The position numbers and the translations under genes are program-made. A DNA stretch of 37,134 nucleotides from IMG/VR virus record IMGVR_UViG_3300037851_001078, positions 1-37,134 of that record, one strand, 5' to 3'. The stretch is from a virus. Lineage: Duplodnaviria; Caudoviricetes. The notes under the pieces were generated by a model that had not been told where the DNA came from, made no database searches, and worked only from the letters and a program-made list of their open reading frames with translations. Positions 1 through 7,737 of the stretch are shown here, piece by piece (positions within the stretch are counted from its first letter, which is position 1; every line of letters starts with the position of its first letter).

Positions 1-1
1 A

Positions 2-496
2 CTCGAAGAGGCAAAGGAACTTGGAAATCAGTTTGCACGAGAGCTTCAAGAGGAGTTCAAAATCGAACTTGATTGGTGGTTCGTTGGCTCAATCAAAGAT
101 GACAAATACGTTCCAGGAAAATCTGACATCGATATGGTCATCATTCCAAAGCACGAAGGAATCTTCAGTGCTAATGCAATTAAGCGAATACTCGCAAAGA
201 TGGAGGACTACAAGAAGTACGGGACAGTCTTCAAAAAGGGTCGCGACATTTCATTGATTGATGTCGTCATATTTTTTGACAGTAAACCCGTTGACTTCCT
301 TAGGAAAGTCAAAATGAAATGCAAAAAATGCGGAAAACCAATCGTACACCCAGATGACTGGGGAGATTATGACGACGCCTGTGAATGGGCATGTAGGTGC
401 GAAAATGAGAAAGATGTTGAACATAGCGATACAACAAGCGACGAAAGCATCAGAACATCGACACAAACACGGAGCGGTAATTTACGAAGGAAATGA
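2..496 (+). CDS. Minimal nucleotidyltransferase (Pol-beta/MNT fold) with C-terminal Cys-rich extension; 5'-truncated
   Basis: The frame of ORF 134..496 is open back to nt 2: ...WWFVGSIKDDKYVPGKSDIDMVII...IDVVIF, which gives the GS..DxD..D motif. CKKC...CRC follows in frame. Confidence 0.7.
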   Translation, partial: LEEAKELGNQFARELQEEFKIELDWWFVGSIKDDKYVPGKSDIDMVIIPKHEGIFSANAIKRILAKMEDYKKYGTVFKKGRDISLIDVVIFFDSKPVDFLRKVKMKCKKCGKPIVHPDDWGDYDDACEWACRCENEKDVEHSDTTSDESIRTSTQTRSGNLRRK

Positions 497-773
497 CATC
501 ATCAGTACAGGATTCAATAGAAAGAAATTCACAATCGCACTACGAAAGTATGGATACAAGCGATGCTTGTTACACGCAGAGAGTCATGCAATTATCAAAA
601 CTGATTCAACAACGAAGTTGAACAGAGCAACATTGCTTGTGATTCGAGTTTGCAAAACGAAACTTGGAAACAGCAAGCCTTGCTCAAGTTGTATGGCAAT
701 GATACGAGAACGAGGTATCAGGAAAGTCGTGTACAGCAATAGAGAAGGAGAACTAGAAACTATGAGGGTATGA
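405..773 (+). CDS. Zinc-dependent cytidine/dCMP deaminase-family protein
   Basis: HGAVI, HAE and PCxxC (KPCSSC) deaminase motifs. The ATG at 405 is the likely start. Confidence 0.85.
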   Translation: MRKMLNIAIQQATKASEHRHKHGAVIYEGNDIISTGFNRKKFTIALRKYGYKRCLLHAESHAIIKTDSTTKLNRATLLVIRVCKTKLGNSKPCSSCMAMIRERGIRKVVYSNREGELETMRV

Positions 774-1414
774 AAATGATTTTGGACAGAAAAGAATTTA
801 ACGTTCGTTGGAGTGATAGAAACTTCGACACCAAAAAGGAAATCATCGTTGATTTTCCTATACGACCTCTTTACGAAGAGATACAAAAAGACGCTGAATA
901 TCGAAACCACGAATATCTATTCAAGAACATCGATTTCAACGAACTTCCGCTTCAAGAGGAGACAGTCGGAATCTTGAACAAAGTTCCTGACATCAAGACT
1001 GAAGGAGATAGACTTCGTGAAATTAAAGCAGAAGTTCAACTTGGGATTTACGAACCTGTTGAGTTGTTTCAAGATATCGACCATCCAACTGTAATTTACG
1101 TAAACGACGGATTTCATAGAATCTTTGTTTCGCAAATGCTTGGAAAAAAGACAGTCAAATGCAAAGTGAAAATCGGACATTTCATCTTGTCTGATACTAT
1201 GAAGATACGAGATGTGATATACTACGTAGATTTTCTTGGAAAAATATCAGGAGAAAAAGATTTAGAAGATGCAGCAAAAAGATTTTCGCAAGCAATTGAC
1301 AAAGAATTTTCAGATGGAGTTCTTTTTGGAGATGTTCGAATCGGCGGACGACAAACGAAAAATCGTCTAAACGGAGAAAAAAAGATTATTACGAATGAGG
1401 ACATAGGAAAATGA
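770..1414 (+). CDS. ParB/Srx-like domain protein
   Basis: EPVEL...YVNDGFHR...LG..TV.C matches the ParB N-terminal DGxHR motif. ATGA overlap with the deaminase gene. Confidence 0.65.
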   Translation: MKMILDRKEFNVRWSDRNFDTKKEIIVDFPIRPLYEEIQKDAEYRNHEYLFKNIDFNELPLQEETVGILNKVPDIKTEGDRLREIKAEVQLGIYEPVELFQDIDHPTVIYVNDGFHRIFVSQMLGKKTVKCKVKIGHFILSDTMKIRDVIYYVDFLGKISGEKDLEDAAKRFSQAIDKEFSDGVLFGDVRIGGRQTKNRLNGEKKIITNEDIGK

Positions 1415-1761
1415 CTGCAAATGGAGATTGCTACGAAGCAAATGGAAAAGCGATTGCTGAGTTGTTTATGCAGCATAGCAAAGACGCTCGTGTACTCAGA
1501 ACTTTCAAGTTAGTTCACGGAGATGTCATTGGTGCAGCAAATTCGAAAGTTGCAGGGAAACAATTTGGACACGCTTGGATTGAAATAGACGGTCAAATTA
1601 TCGTTGACCATTCTAATGGAAAGTCTCACGCAGGTCCGTTATCTGCAGTTGAGTACAGAATCATTCGTCCGACATGCAAATATTACTCTCCAGAAGAAGT
1701 AGCAAAAAATCTACTGAAGTTCGAACATTATGGTCCGTGGACAAAGGAGGAAACAAAATGA
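1411..1761 (+). CDS. Small transglutaminase/papain-like cysteine-protease-fold protein
   Basis: GDCY...LVHG...GHAWIEIDG..IVD gives a Cys-His-acid triad pattern. Confidence 0.55.
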   Translation: MTANGDCYEANGKAIAELFMQHSKDARVLRTFKLVHGDVIGAANSKVAGKQFGHAWIEIDGQIIVDHSNGKSHAGPLSAVEYRIIRPTCKYYSPEEVAKNLLKFEHYGPWTKEETK

Positions 1762-2069
1762 CAGAAAAGATTTTACCATTCGAAGAATGGGACGAAAAAG
1801 ACAAGAAAATGAAGGAAGAACTTGACAACTTCAAGTTGACACCAGAAGAAGCATATCATGTTTCTTGGGCGTTATTCAACGAAACGCAACGATTAAAACG
1901 ACATATCGAAGAAATGAGTTGCAAAAGTTGTTGGAAACGAAACCACATTTGCAAAGACGAAGATTACAATCGTGACTTGAGAAAATTGAAACAGAACATG
2001 AAATCAATGGAACGAATCAATCACTTCTTTTCTCCGTATCACAATCGTCTTGGAGTTGTTTATAAATAA
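1758..2069 (+). CDS. Hypothetical protein (103 aa, CxxC...HxC)
   Basis: ATG at 1758 follows GGAGG and overlaps the upstream stop (ATGA). Confidence 0.7.
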   Translation: MTEKILPFEEWDEKDKKMKEELDNFKLTPEEAYHVSWALFNETQRLKRHIEEMSCKSCWKRNHICKDEDYNRDLRKLKQNMKSMERINHFFSPYHNRLGVVYK

Positions 2070-2071
2070 GA

Positions 2072-2111
2072 AGGTCATCGGAGTATGAGTTTAATCAAAA
2101 TATATAGGGTA
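2072..2111. repeat. Bipartite repeat, copy 1: element A (2072-2092) and element B (2090-2111)
   Basis: A (AGGTCATCGGAGTATGAGTTT) is present inverted at 16332-16352. B (TTTAATCAAAATATATAGGGTA) is present in direct orientation at 16302-16323. Confidence 0.9.
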
Positions 2112-2148
2112 TTTGATACAAATAGGTACTTCGTTGATATGACGAAAT

Positions 2149-2170
2149 AGAAAAGTTTATAAACTTTTAA
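2149..2170 (+). promoter_or_regulatory. Archaeal-type promoter, class A (BRE-like AGAAAAG + TTTATAAA)
   Basis: AGAAAAGTTTATAAAC with TATA at 2156-2163; the same core occurs at 4898-4913. Confidence 0.75.
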
Positions 2171-2186
2171 ATATTTAAATAATTAA

Positions 2187-2360
2187 ATGATACCAACTTA
2201 CACTCATACTGACTTAACAGGTCAATGTGAAATCAAGAGCAACCCTACTTACAATCTTGGATTGTGTAGGACCTTCGAGATGTGCACATCTTCAAGGTAC
2301 TGACCCGGTGATAGACTTTCGCGATTTGTAGGTCACCAAGGCGGGTTGCGAAAATCGCTT
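2187..2360 (+). ncRNA. Candidate structured leader RNA or ncRNA; also holds a 38-codon ORF (2187-2303)
   Basis: Closing stem GCAACCC (2239-2245) / GGGTTGC (2343-2349) encloses hairpins at 2244-2270, 2271-2298 and 2307-2337. It starts at the expected TSS of the 2156 TATA box. Confidence 0.45.
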
Positions 2361-2381
2361 AATTTTTTAGGAGGAAACAAG

Positions 2382-2750
2382 ATGGCCACAATCAAAGAAA
2401 TGGAAGTTCAACTTCAAACTTATAGGCAACTACAACTCGAAATCAAAAATCTCGAGGAGCAGGCAGAGCAGATTCGTACCACGGTCAATGAAATCTTGGT
2501 TGAAAACGACATCAAAGATTACGAAGCACTTGATGGAACGACAGTTCAAAAATTCACGCCAAAAGGAAGAATGATGCTGAACAAAGGATTGGTCGAATCA
2601 TTTTGCAAAAAGAACAACCTTGAAATCGGTCAGTTCTACAAAGAAACTGCAACATCAGAGCAAATCAAAATTATCATTCCTGAATCAAAAGAAAAGATGG
2701 AGAAATACCTCAAAGGACCATCAACAAAGGAATTGGAGGGACCACAATGA
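2382..2750 (+). CDS. Coiled-coil viral protein, weakly Gp157/Gam-like in architecture
   Basis: AGGAGG SD at 2369-2374 before ATG 2382. N-terminal heptad coiled coil followed by short beta strands. The family is uncertain. Confidence 0.6.
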   Translation: MATIKEMEVQLQTYRQLQLEIKNLEEQAEQIRTTVNEILVENDIKDYEALDGTTVQKFTPKGRMMLNKGLVESFCKKNNLEIGQFYKETATSEQIKIIIPESKEKMEKYLKGPSTKELEGPQ

Positions 2751-2959
2751 GAACATTCGAACATTTTCCACAACACACAACGTGTCCTGTATGCGGCACA
2801 AATGAAGACAAGACTTGTGTACTTGTAGGAATAAATGGAACTCAAGAAGGTCGCAACATACAAGCACAGCCATTCCACTTGGAATGCTTGGACTTGGAAT
2901 GGTTCAAGAACGAAAGCATAGTTGCTATGAAGTGGGTGATGAGATATGGAAAAAAGTGA
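2747..2959 (+). CDS. Small zinc-binding protein
   Basis: CPVC...HLEC; GGAGG SD and ATGA overlap. Confidence 0.65.
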   Translation: MRTFEHFPQHTTCPVCGTNEDKTCVLVGINGTQEGRNIQAQPFHLECLDLEWFKNESIVAMKWVMRYGKK

Positions 2960-3104
2960 GAACCTCGACGGACCAGAAAGGAAAGGAGTGATATGTCATA
3001 ATTGCGGACATGTCTACAATCACGAGACAAACCTCGATGAAGGATACGAAACGATATCGAGATGTCCGAAATGCAAATCACCAAATTCAGTGAGGAAGTA
3101 CTAA
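2946..3104 (+). CDS. 52-aa zinc-ribbon protein (not in the ORF track)
   Basis: MEKSENLDGPERKGVICHNCGHVYNHETNLDEGYETISRCPKCKSPNSVRKY*, with two CxxC motifs. Its TAA overlaps the ligase ATG (TAATG, 3102-3106). Confidence 0.7.
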   Translation: MEKSENLDGPERKGVICHNCGHVYNHETNLDEGYETISRCPKCKSPNSVRKY

Positions 3105-4453
3105 TGCACGTCTTTCAAAAAATCAAAGCCTCGAAAGGCACAAACGAAAAGCTCAAGATAGCAATCACTGAGTTCACAAAGAAACACCACCGATTTATGG
3201 AGGTTTGCTTCAATGATGAGGTCTATGGAATCTCAGGAGCTGGAATCGGAAAAGCAATTCAATACGATGCTAAGCTTCACGGCAAATGCGAGGACTATGG
3301 AGAGTTCATTGAGAAACTAACTCCAGAGGAATTCGAATCACGATTCACAGGTACTTCGTACAACTATCAAATTGAGGACTTTGTAAGCTCACTTTTAAAG
3401 CACTCAGGGAACAAACAAATTGATGAACTTCGAATGATGCTTGGTTCACTTGACCAATACGAAATGCCTTGGTTCTTGAGAGCAATTCAAAAGAATATGA
3501 GGATTGGATTCAATCTTACGTCGTACAACAAAATCAGAGAGGCTCACGGACTTACTCCAATCATTCCACGAGGAGTTCAGCTTTGCGGAAAAATCAAATT
3601 GGATGAAGTTACGACTCTCAAATATCCACGTTATGCTGAGTACAAATACGATGGAGAAAGATGCGAGATTGATTGCAAAAAAGACGGAGATGACGTTACA
3701 ATCACTCTTACATCTCGCGGAAATAGCGACATCACAGAACGATATCCGGAAGTTGTGAAATTCTTTGAAGAGGCATTCAAACTTTCGACTCACAAGCATG
3801 TCAAATACGATTGCGAAATCATCTCAAAAGATTTTATCAAGCTTTCAACAAGAATGCATAGAAATGCTGAGAACATCAAAGAATTTGACACAGATTTGAG
3901 AGCTGTGATTTTCGATATCATGTTGATTGATGGACAAAACATCGCAGAATTGACACAACTTGAAAGAAGACAGTTGGTTGACACTCACGCATTACTTCTT
4001 GGATTCGATACTTCGTACCAAGAAATGGTTCATTCTCACGAAGAATTGACAGAGTTTTACAACAAAGCAAGGTCAATCGGACAGGAAGGAGTTGTGACTA
4101 AAGACTTGGATATGAAATGGACTCAACATTCTCGTGATGGCTGGATTAAACTGGTTCCCCAATGTAACCTCGATTTGAGGATAGTAAAGGGATATTATGG
4201 TACAGGGAAATATGCCAACCAGATTAACGGCGTTGAATTGGAAAATCGTGACGGAACAATCAAAACGAAGGCTGCTTCTGGAATCAAGGATTTCGAGAGA
4301 CAACTTCTTACAGAACTCCACAACAAAGGAGAGCTAATTGGAAAGATAGCGGAAATCAAGTACAGAGAAATTCAGCCTCCAAAGGACGGAGTATCAGCAC
4401 TTCGATTCCCTGTTTTTATCAGATTGAGAGACGATAAATTCGAAAGCGATTAA
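3104..4453 (+). CDS. lig: ATP-dependent DNA ligase
   Basis: Motif I EYKYDGER, III YDCEII, IIIa FDIM, IV EGVVTK, V WIKL, VI LRFPVFIRLRDDK. Start at 3104 is inferred from TAATG coupling. Confidence 0.93.
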   Translation: MHVFQKIKASKGTNEKLKIAITEFTKKHHRFMEVCFNDEVYGISGAGIGKAIQYDAKLHGKCEDYGEFIEKLTPEEFESRFTGTSYNYQIEDFVSSLLKHSGNKQIDELRMMLGSLDQYEMPWFLRAIQKNMRIGFNLTSYNKIREAHGLTPIIPRGVQLCGKIKLDEVTTLKYPRYAEYKYDGERCEIDCKKDGDDVTITLTSRGNSDITERYPEVVKFFEEAFKLSTHKHVKYDCEIISKDFIKLSTRMHRNAENIKEFDTDLRAVIFDIMLIDGQNIAELTQLERRQLVDTHALLLGFDTSYQEMVHSHEELTEFYNKARSIGQEGVVTKDLDMKWTQHSRDGWIKLVPQCNLDLRIVKGYYGTGKYANQINGVELENRDGTIKTKAASGIKDFERQLLTELHNKGELIGKIAEIKYREIQPPKDGVSALRFPVFIRLRDDKFESD

Positions 4454-4467
4454 GAAAAAAGAAAAAG
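4453..4467 (-). terminator. U-rich terminator on the - strand
   Basis: CTTTTTCTTTTTTCTT on the - strand, directly after the 4469-4592 stem. Confidence 0.55.
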
Positions 4468-4468
4468 A

Positions 4469-4592
4469 CATACGTCGGCAAGTCGTCACTGTTCTAACTG
4501 AGGTGATTGTCCAAATAACCGTTGGGGGTGTACGTTTGGACGCTTTCATGGCAGAAAGTTGCAAAGTTCGCTGCACTATCCGCCGACGTATG
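4469..4592. ncRNA. Candidate multibranch structured RNA; strand uncertain, probably -
   Basis: Perfect 11-bp inverted repeat CATACGTCGGC (4469-4479) / GCCGACGTATG (4582-4592) encloses TCAC/GTGA, GTCCAAA/TTTGGAC and GCAG/CTGC stems. It is GC-rich relative to its surroundings. Confidence 0.5.
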
Positions 4593-4596
4593 CTTC

Positions 4597-4839
4597 TTAC
4601 TCATCTGTGAAACCAGGCTGGGTAAGCAGGTATGCTGTTGCTTCTGCGATTTCGCTATCAACGGTATATCTATCGCTGATTACGAAAGTGAACGGAAAGC
4701 TTAGTCCTGGTTTCGCTGGGTCTGAGCACGAAATTCTGATTTCGTCAGTCTCAGTGTTGTCCGGTGCAATGAAGTAGTTCACACGCACTTCATCCACATT
4801 CATCTTATCGTATCCACTTGGTTGATATTTTAATGCCAT
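4597..4839 (-). CDS. Hypothetical acidic 80-aa protein with its own promoter
   Basis: TTTATAAA (4865-4872) lies 26 nt upstream of the ATG. It is the only credible - strand gene in the left arm. Confidence 0.75.
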   Translation of the reverse strand: MALKYQPSGYDKMNVDEVRVNYFIAPDNTETDEIRISCSDPAKPGLSFPFTFVISDRYTVDSEIAEATAYLLTQPGFTDE

Positions 4840-4861
4840 CTTAGTATGATTTTATTTTTTG

Positions 4862-4913
4862 ATATTTATAAACGTATTTGTGATTCGTATTCAAAAAAGA
4901 AAAGTTTATAAAC
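4862..4913. promoter_or_regulatory. Divergent pair of archaeal TATA promoters
   Basis: - strand GTTTATAAATAT (4862-4873) serves ORF 4839. + strand AGAAAAGTTTATAAAC (4898-4913) lies 25 nt before ATG 4937. Confidence 0.8.
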
Positions 4914-4936
4914 ATTTAAATTTTTAAAAGTTTATA

Positions 4937-6577
4937 ATGGCAACAAGGGATAATTTCGAACAGCGTTTATCGCAATACCACAAACTCTATATCGACTGCT
5001 TTAGAAATCTTCCTAAAGAAGTTGGTCAGATGGTTTGGATACATCCTGATGAAATTCAGGTTGAAGGTTCTGGTGATACATTCGAAGTTCATGTCGATGA
5101 CAAGGAATGGTACACAAAGCACGGAACAAAATTAGCTGAATCAATTCGAAGATTAGGCGGAGTCTATCTGCCATTTTTAGTTGGTCGAGGCATACCAAAA
5201 GGCGACTTTAGAACCAGAAACGGAACTGAAGATAATTCTGGACCTCTATACTGCGACGAAGGTCGACACAGATTGAGAGCATTGCGAGAACTTGATTGGG
5301 ACAACAAGATTTTATGCTTGTATCACCCTCGAGGATTTGCATACGAAAATGCAAAGTATACGTCGCAGGCTATGGAAATCATATCACGACCTTGTCCTGA
5401 GCTCAAAATCAAAATTCCTTTCAGAGCATATTTCACCGAAGAAAACATCTTCAGAGAACAACTTGTTTTGCTAGAAAATTTCGAACATCTTTTCGAACTT
5501 CCACCAGAACAAGATTTGATTGTCATGAAATGCAGAAGCATGTATGACTTCAAAGTGATTATCTACAAATTTGCAAGGTTCTTATCTGACATGTTTGTTT
5601 CGTACAAAATGCTTTTCGGAAAAGAATGGCCAGCTCCTCAAGAGATAAACGAAATCGGCTATTACTTCCCAGATATTCCGTATATGAATGCTACAAGGAC
5701 AACTGAGCTTTCTCAGATTCGAATGGTCGAAATTGAAATACATTCGAACTGCAATAGAAAATGTCCTTGGTGTCCAAACTCATTTGTCGACAGACGGTCT
5801 CAAAAGATTGAGATGCCTCAAGATAAATTCGAACAGATTATCAGAGAACTTTACGACAAAGGATTCAACGGTACATTTTCATTCTCTCGATATCAAGAAC
5901 CACTGATTGATACTGACCTTCTTGCAAACAGAATTGCAATCATACGAAAGTACTTCAGAAATTCTGTGAAAGTCGTATTTAACACAAACGGAGATTTCTT
6001 CGATGGAAGAACACTTCGTTCAATCGACGTTGATGAGATTACGGTGATGGACTACGACAACAAAGGTCTAGATAAATGTCGACAAAAGATTTTGGATGGA
6101 AACTACGAAATTCTATTCGAAGAGGACAATTACATCTACTTCCAATACAAAGACGTCGAATACGCAATCAAGAGAGTTGGAGTGTATGTCGTTGATTGGC
6201 CAAAAAATGCGTCAATCAACAGCAGAGGCGATTCAATTCCAAAAGACTTGAAAGTCATGAAATGGAACAATGATAGAAAACCTCGACTTAAATCTTGCTG
6301 GGAACCTCAATACTTCATAGGAATCGACTACAATGGGAACGTTGTTCCTTGCTGCGAAGTTCGAAGTGATATTCCAAAGCATCAATGTATGGTTTTCGGA
6401 AATGCATTCGAAAAGTCACTCGAGGAAATTTGGAATGACGAGAGATATTCTAAATTCAGAGAGACGATGAAAAAAGGAAACGTTGATGAATATCCAGACC
6501 CGTGTAAGTTCTGCCAAAAATGTCCAGGCAGATATACACGAGACAAACCTGGAATCATGTTTGAGGAACGAAAATGA
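4937..6577 (+). CDS. ParB-like domain fused to a radical SAM / SPASM(twitch) enzyme
   Basis: N-terminal P.LV...CDEGRHRLRAL is ParB-like. CNRKCPWC is the CxxxCxxC motif, followed by EPL and NTNG. C-terminal CWEP..IDYNGNVVPCC..FGN..IWN..CKFCQKC. Confidence 0.85.
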   Translation: MATRDNFEQRLSQYHKLYIDCFRNLPKEVGQMVWIHPDEIQVEGSGDTFEVHVDDKEWYTKHGTKLAESIRRLGGVYLPFLVGRGIPKGDFRTRNGTEDNSGPLYCDEGRHRLRALRELDWDNKILCLYHPRGFAYENAKYTSQAMEIISRPCPELKIKIPFRAYFTEENIFREQLVLLENFEHLFELPPEQDLIVMKCRSMYDFKVIIYKFARFLSDMFVSYKMLFGKEWPAPQEINEIGYYFPDIPYMNATRTTELSQIRMVEIEIHSNCNRKCPWCPNSFVDRRSQKIEMPQDKFEQIIRELYDKGFNGTFSFSRYQEPLIDTDLLANRIAIIRKYFRNSVKVVFNTNGDFFDGRTLRSIDVDEITVMDYDNKGLDKCRQKILDGNYEILFEEDNYIYFQYKDVEYAIKRVGVYVVDWPKNASINSRGDSIPKDLKVMKWNNDRKPRLKSCWEPQYFIGIDYNGNVVPCCEVRSDIPKHQCMVFGNAFEKSLEEIWNDERYSKFRETMKKGNVDEYPDPCKFCQKCPGRYTRDKPGIMFEERK

Positions 6578-6765
6578 TAACGGTAGCAATCTACATAAAT
6601 GGAAAACCGATATTCGTTCGAAGCGCACATAGAATCGAAGATGCACCTGAGAAAGGCGGAGTTGCAAAATACAAAGTTGATACAGGAGCAATAATCGAAC
6701 ATAATCCTGACGAGGGAGCGATAGAATTGTCGCACAAACTCCTCAACACAATAGACGAACGATAG
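6574..6765 (+). CDS. Hypothetical 63-aa protein
   Basis: ATGA overlap with the radical SAM gene; fills the operon gap. Confidence 0.7.
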   Translation: MITVAIYINGKPIFVRSAHRIEDAPEKGGVAKYKVDTGAIIEHNPDEGAIELSHKLLNTIDER

Positions 6766-6774
6766 GGTGGTAAA

Positions 6775-7737
6775 ATGGAAAAGAAAGTCGGAATCTTCAT
6801 TCCTGCAAGATTACAGAGTGAAAGACTTCCAAACAAATTGATGCTTCCGTTGAATGACAAAAAATTGTCACTCTTCGAGATTGCATGCAAAAAGCTGAAA
6901 TATCTAAGTAAGACGTACAAGTGCTACGCACTTATCAACGATGAGCAACTCATCAACATAGCAAGAATGTACGATGTTGAAGTGATTATTCGAAATCCTC
7001 ATACTTGCGAAGTTGATGGACCGATGACGTATATCTTCGGAGATTTGAAAGACAAAATTGACCATTCTCTCACTCATCTTACGTTTTTGAATCCTTGCCT
7101 CTACAATCTTTCTGTTGAGACGATTGAAAATGCAATCGCAGAATTTGTAAATTCTCCTGCTGATTCAGGAACATCAGTGAAAGAAATCAAAAACTGGGTA
7201 TGGACAGAAAAAGGAAAAGCACTCATACCTGCTGATTACAAAAGACTTTCTACAAAGGAGATTCACGGTTACTATCAAGCAGCACATTGCTTCCACATCT
7301 TCTCAGTTGAGAACTTTTTCAAGACAGGAAATATGCTTGACGAAAATCATTCACTCATTCTTGTTGACAAACTTTCGACACTTGATGTTGATGACGAAAC
7401 AGAATACGAACTTGCAAAAGTGATGCTTCCAAAACTTCGAAAGAAATTCGTTGTAGATATTGATGGAACGATTTGCACACAAGAGAAAGACTACAGAGAT
7501 GCAAAGCCACTTCAATTCAACATAGACAAACTTCAAAAACTTGATGCGAATGGACACACAATTCTCTACTTCACAGCAAGAGGAACTGAAACAGGAATCG
7601 ATTGGAAATCAATAACTCTTGCGCAACTTAGAAATTGGGGATGTCCGCAATACGAAAATCTTCAGTTTGGAAAACCATCTGCGGATTTCTACATTGATGA
7701 CAAAGCTTTGCCATCAACGCTCGACAGGTGGTTCTGA
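6775..7737 (+). CDS. Acylneuraminate/KDO-type cytidylyltransferase (NeuA/KdsB family) fused to a HAD phosphatase
   Basis: PARLQSERLPNK and LDVDD cytidylyltransferase motifs. C-terminal DIDGT, FTARG, FGKP and YIDDK are HAD motifs I-IV. Confidence 0.85.
   Translation: MEKKVGIFIPARLQSERLPNKLMLPLNDKKLSLFEIACKKLKYLSKTYKCYALINDEQLINIARMYDVEVIIRNPHTCEVDGPMTYIFGDLKDKIDHSLTHLTFLNPCLYNLSVETIENAIAEFVNSPADSGTSVKEIKNWVWTEKGKALIPADYKRLSTKEIHGYYQAAHCFHIFSVENFFKTGNMLDENHSLILVDKLSTLDVDDETEYELAKVMLPKLRKKFVVDIDGTICTQEKDYRDAKPLQFNIDKLQKLDANGHTILYFTARGTETGIDWKSITLAQLRNWGCPQYENLQFGKPSADFYIDDKALPSTLDRWF

Noticed and set aside
314-496. Separate zinc-ribbon gene starting at MKCKKC
   Set aside because: It is in frame with the nucleotidyltransferase with no stop between them, so it was treated as a C-terminal extension. 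Internal initiation cannot be excluded.
2187-2360. Hammerhead ribozyme
   Set aside because: No CUGAnGA...GAAA core in the right arrangement; retained only as an unclassified structured RNA.
3104-6577. Intein or intron in the ligase or radical SAM gene
   Set aside because: No intein terminal motifs or LAGLIDADG blocks; ligase motif spacing is normal.
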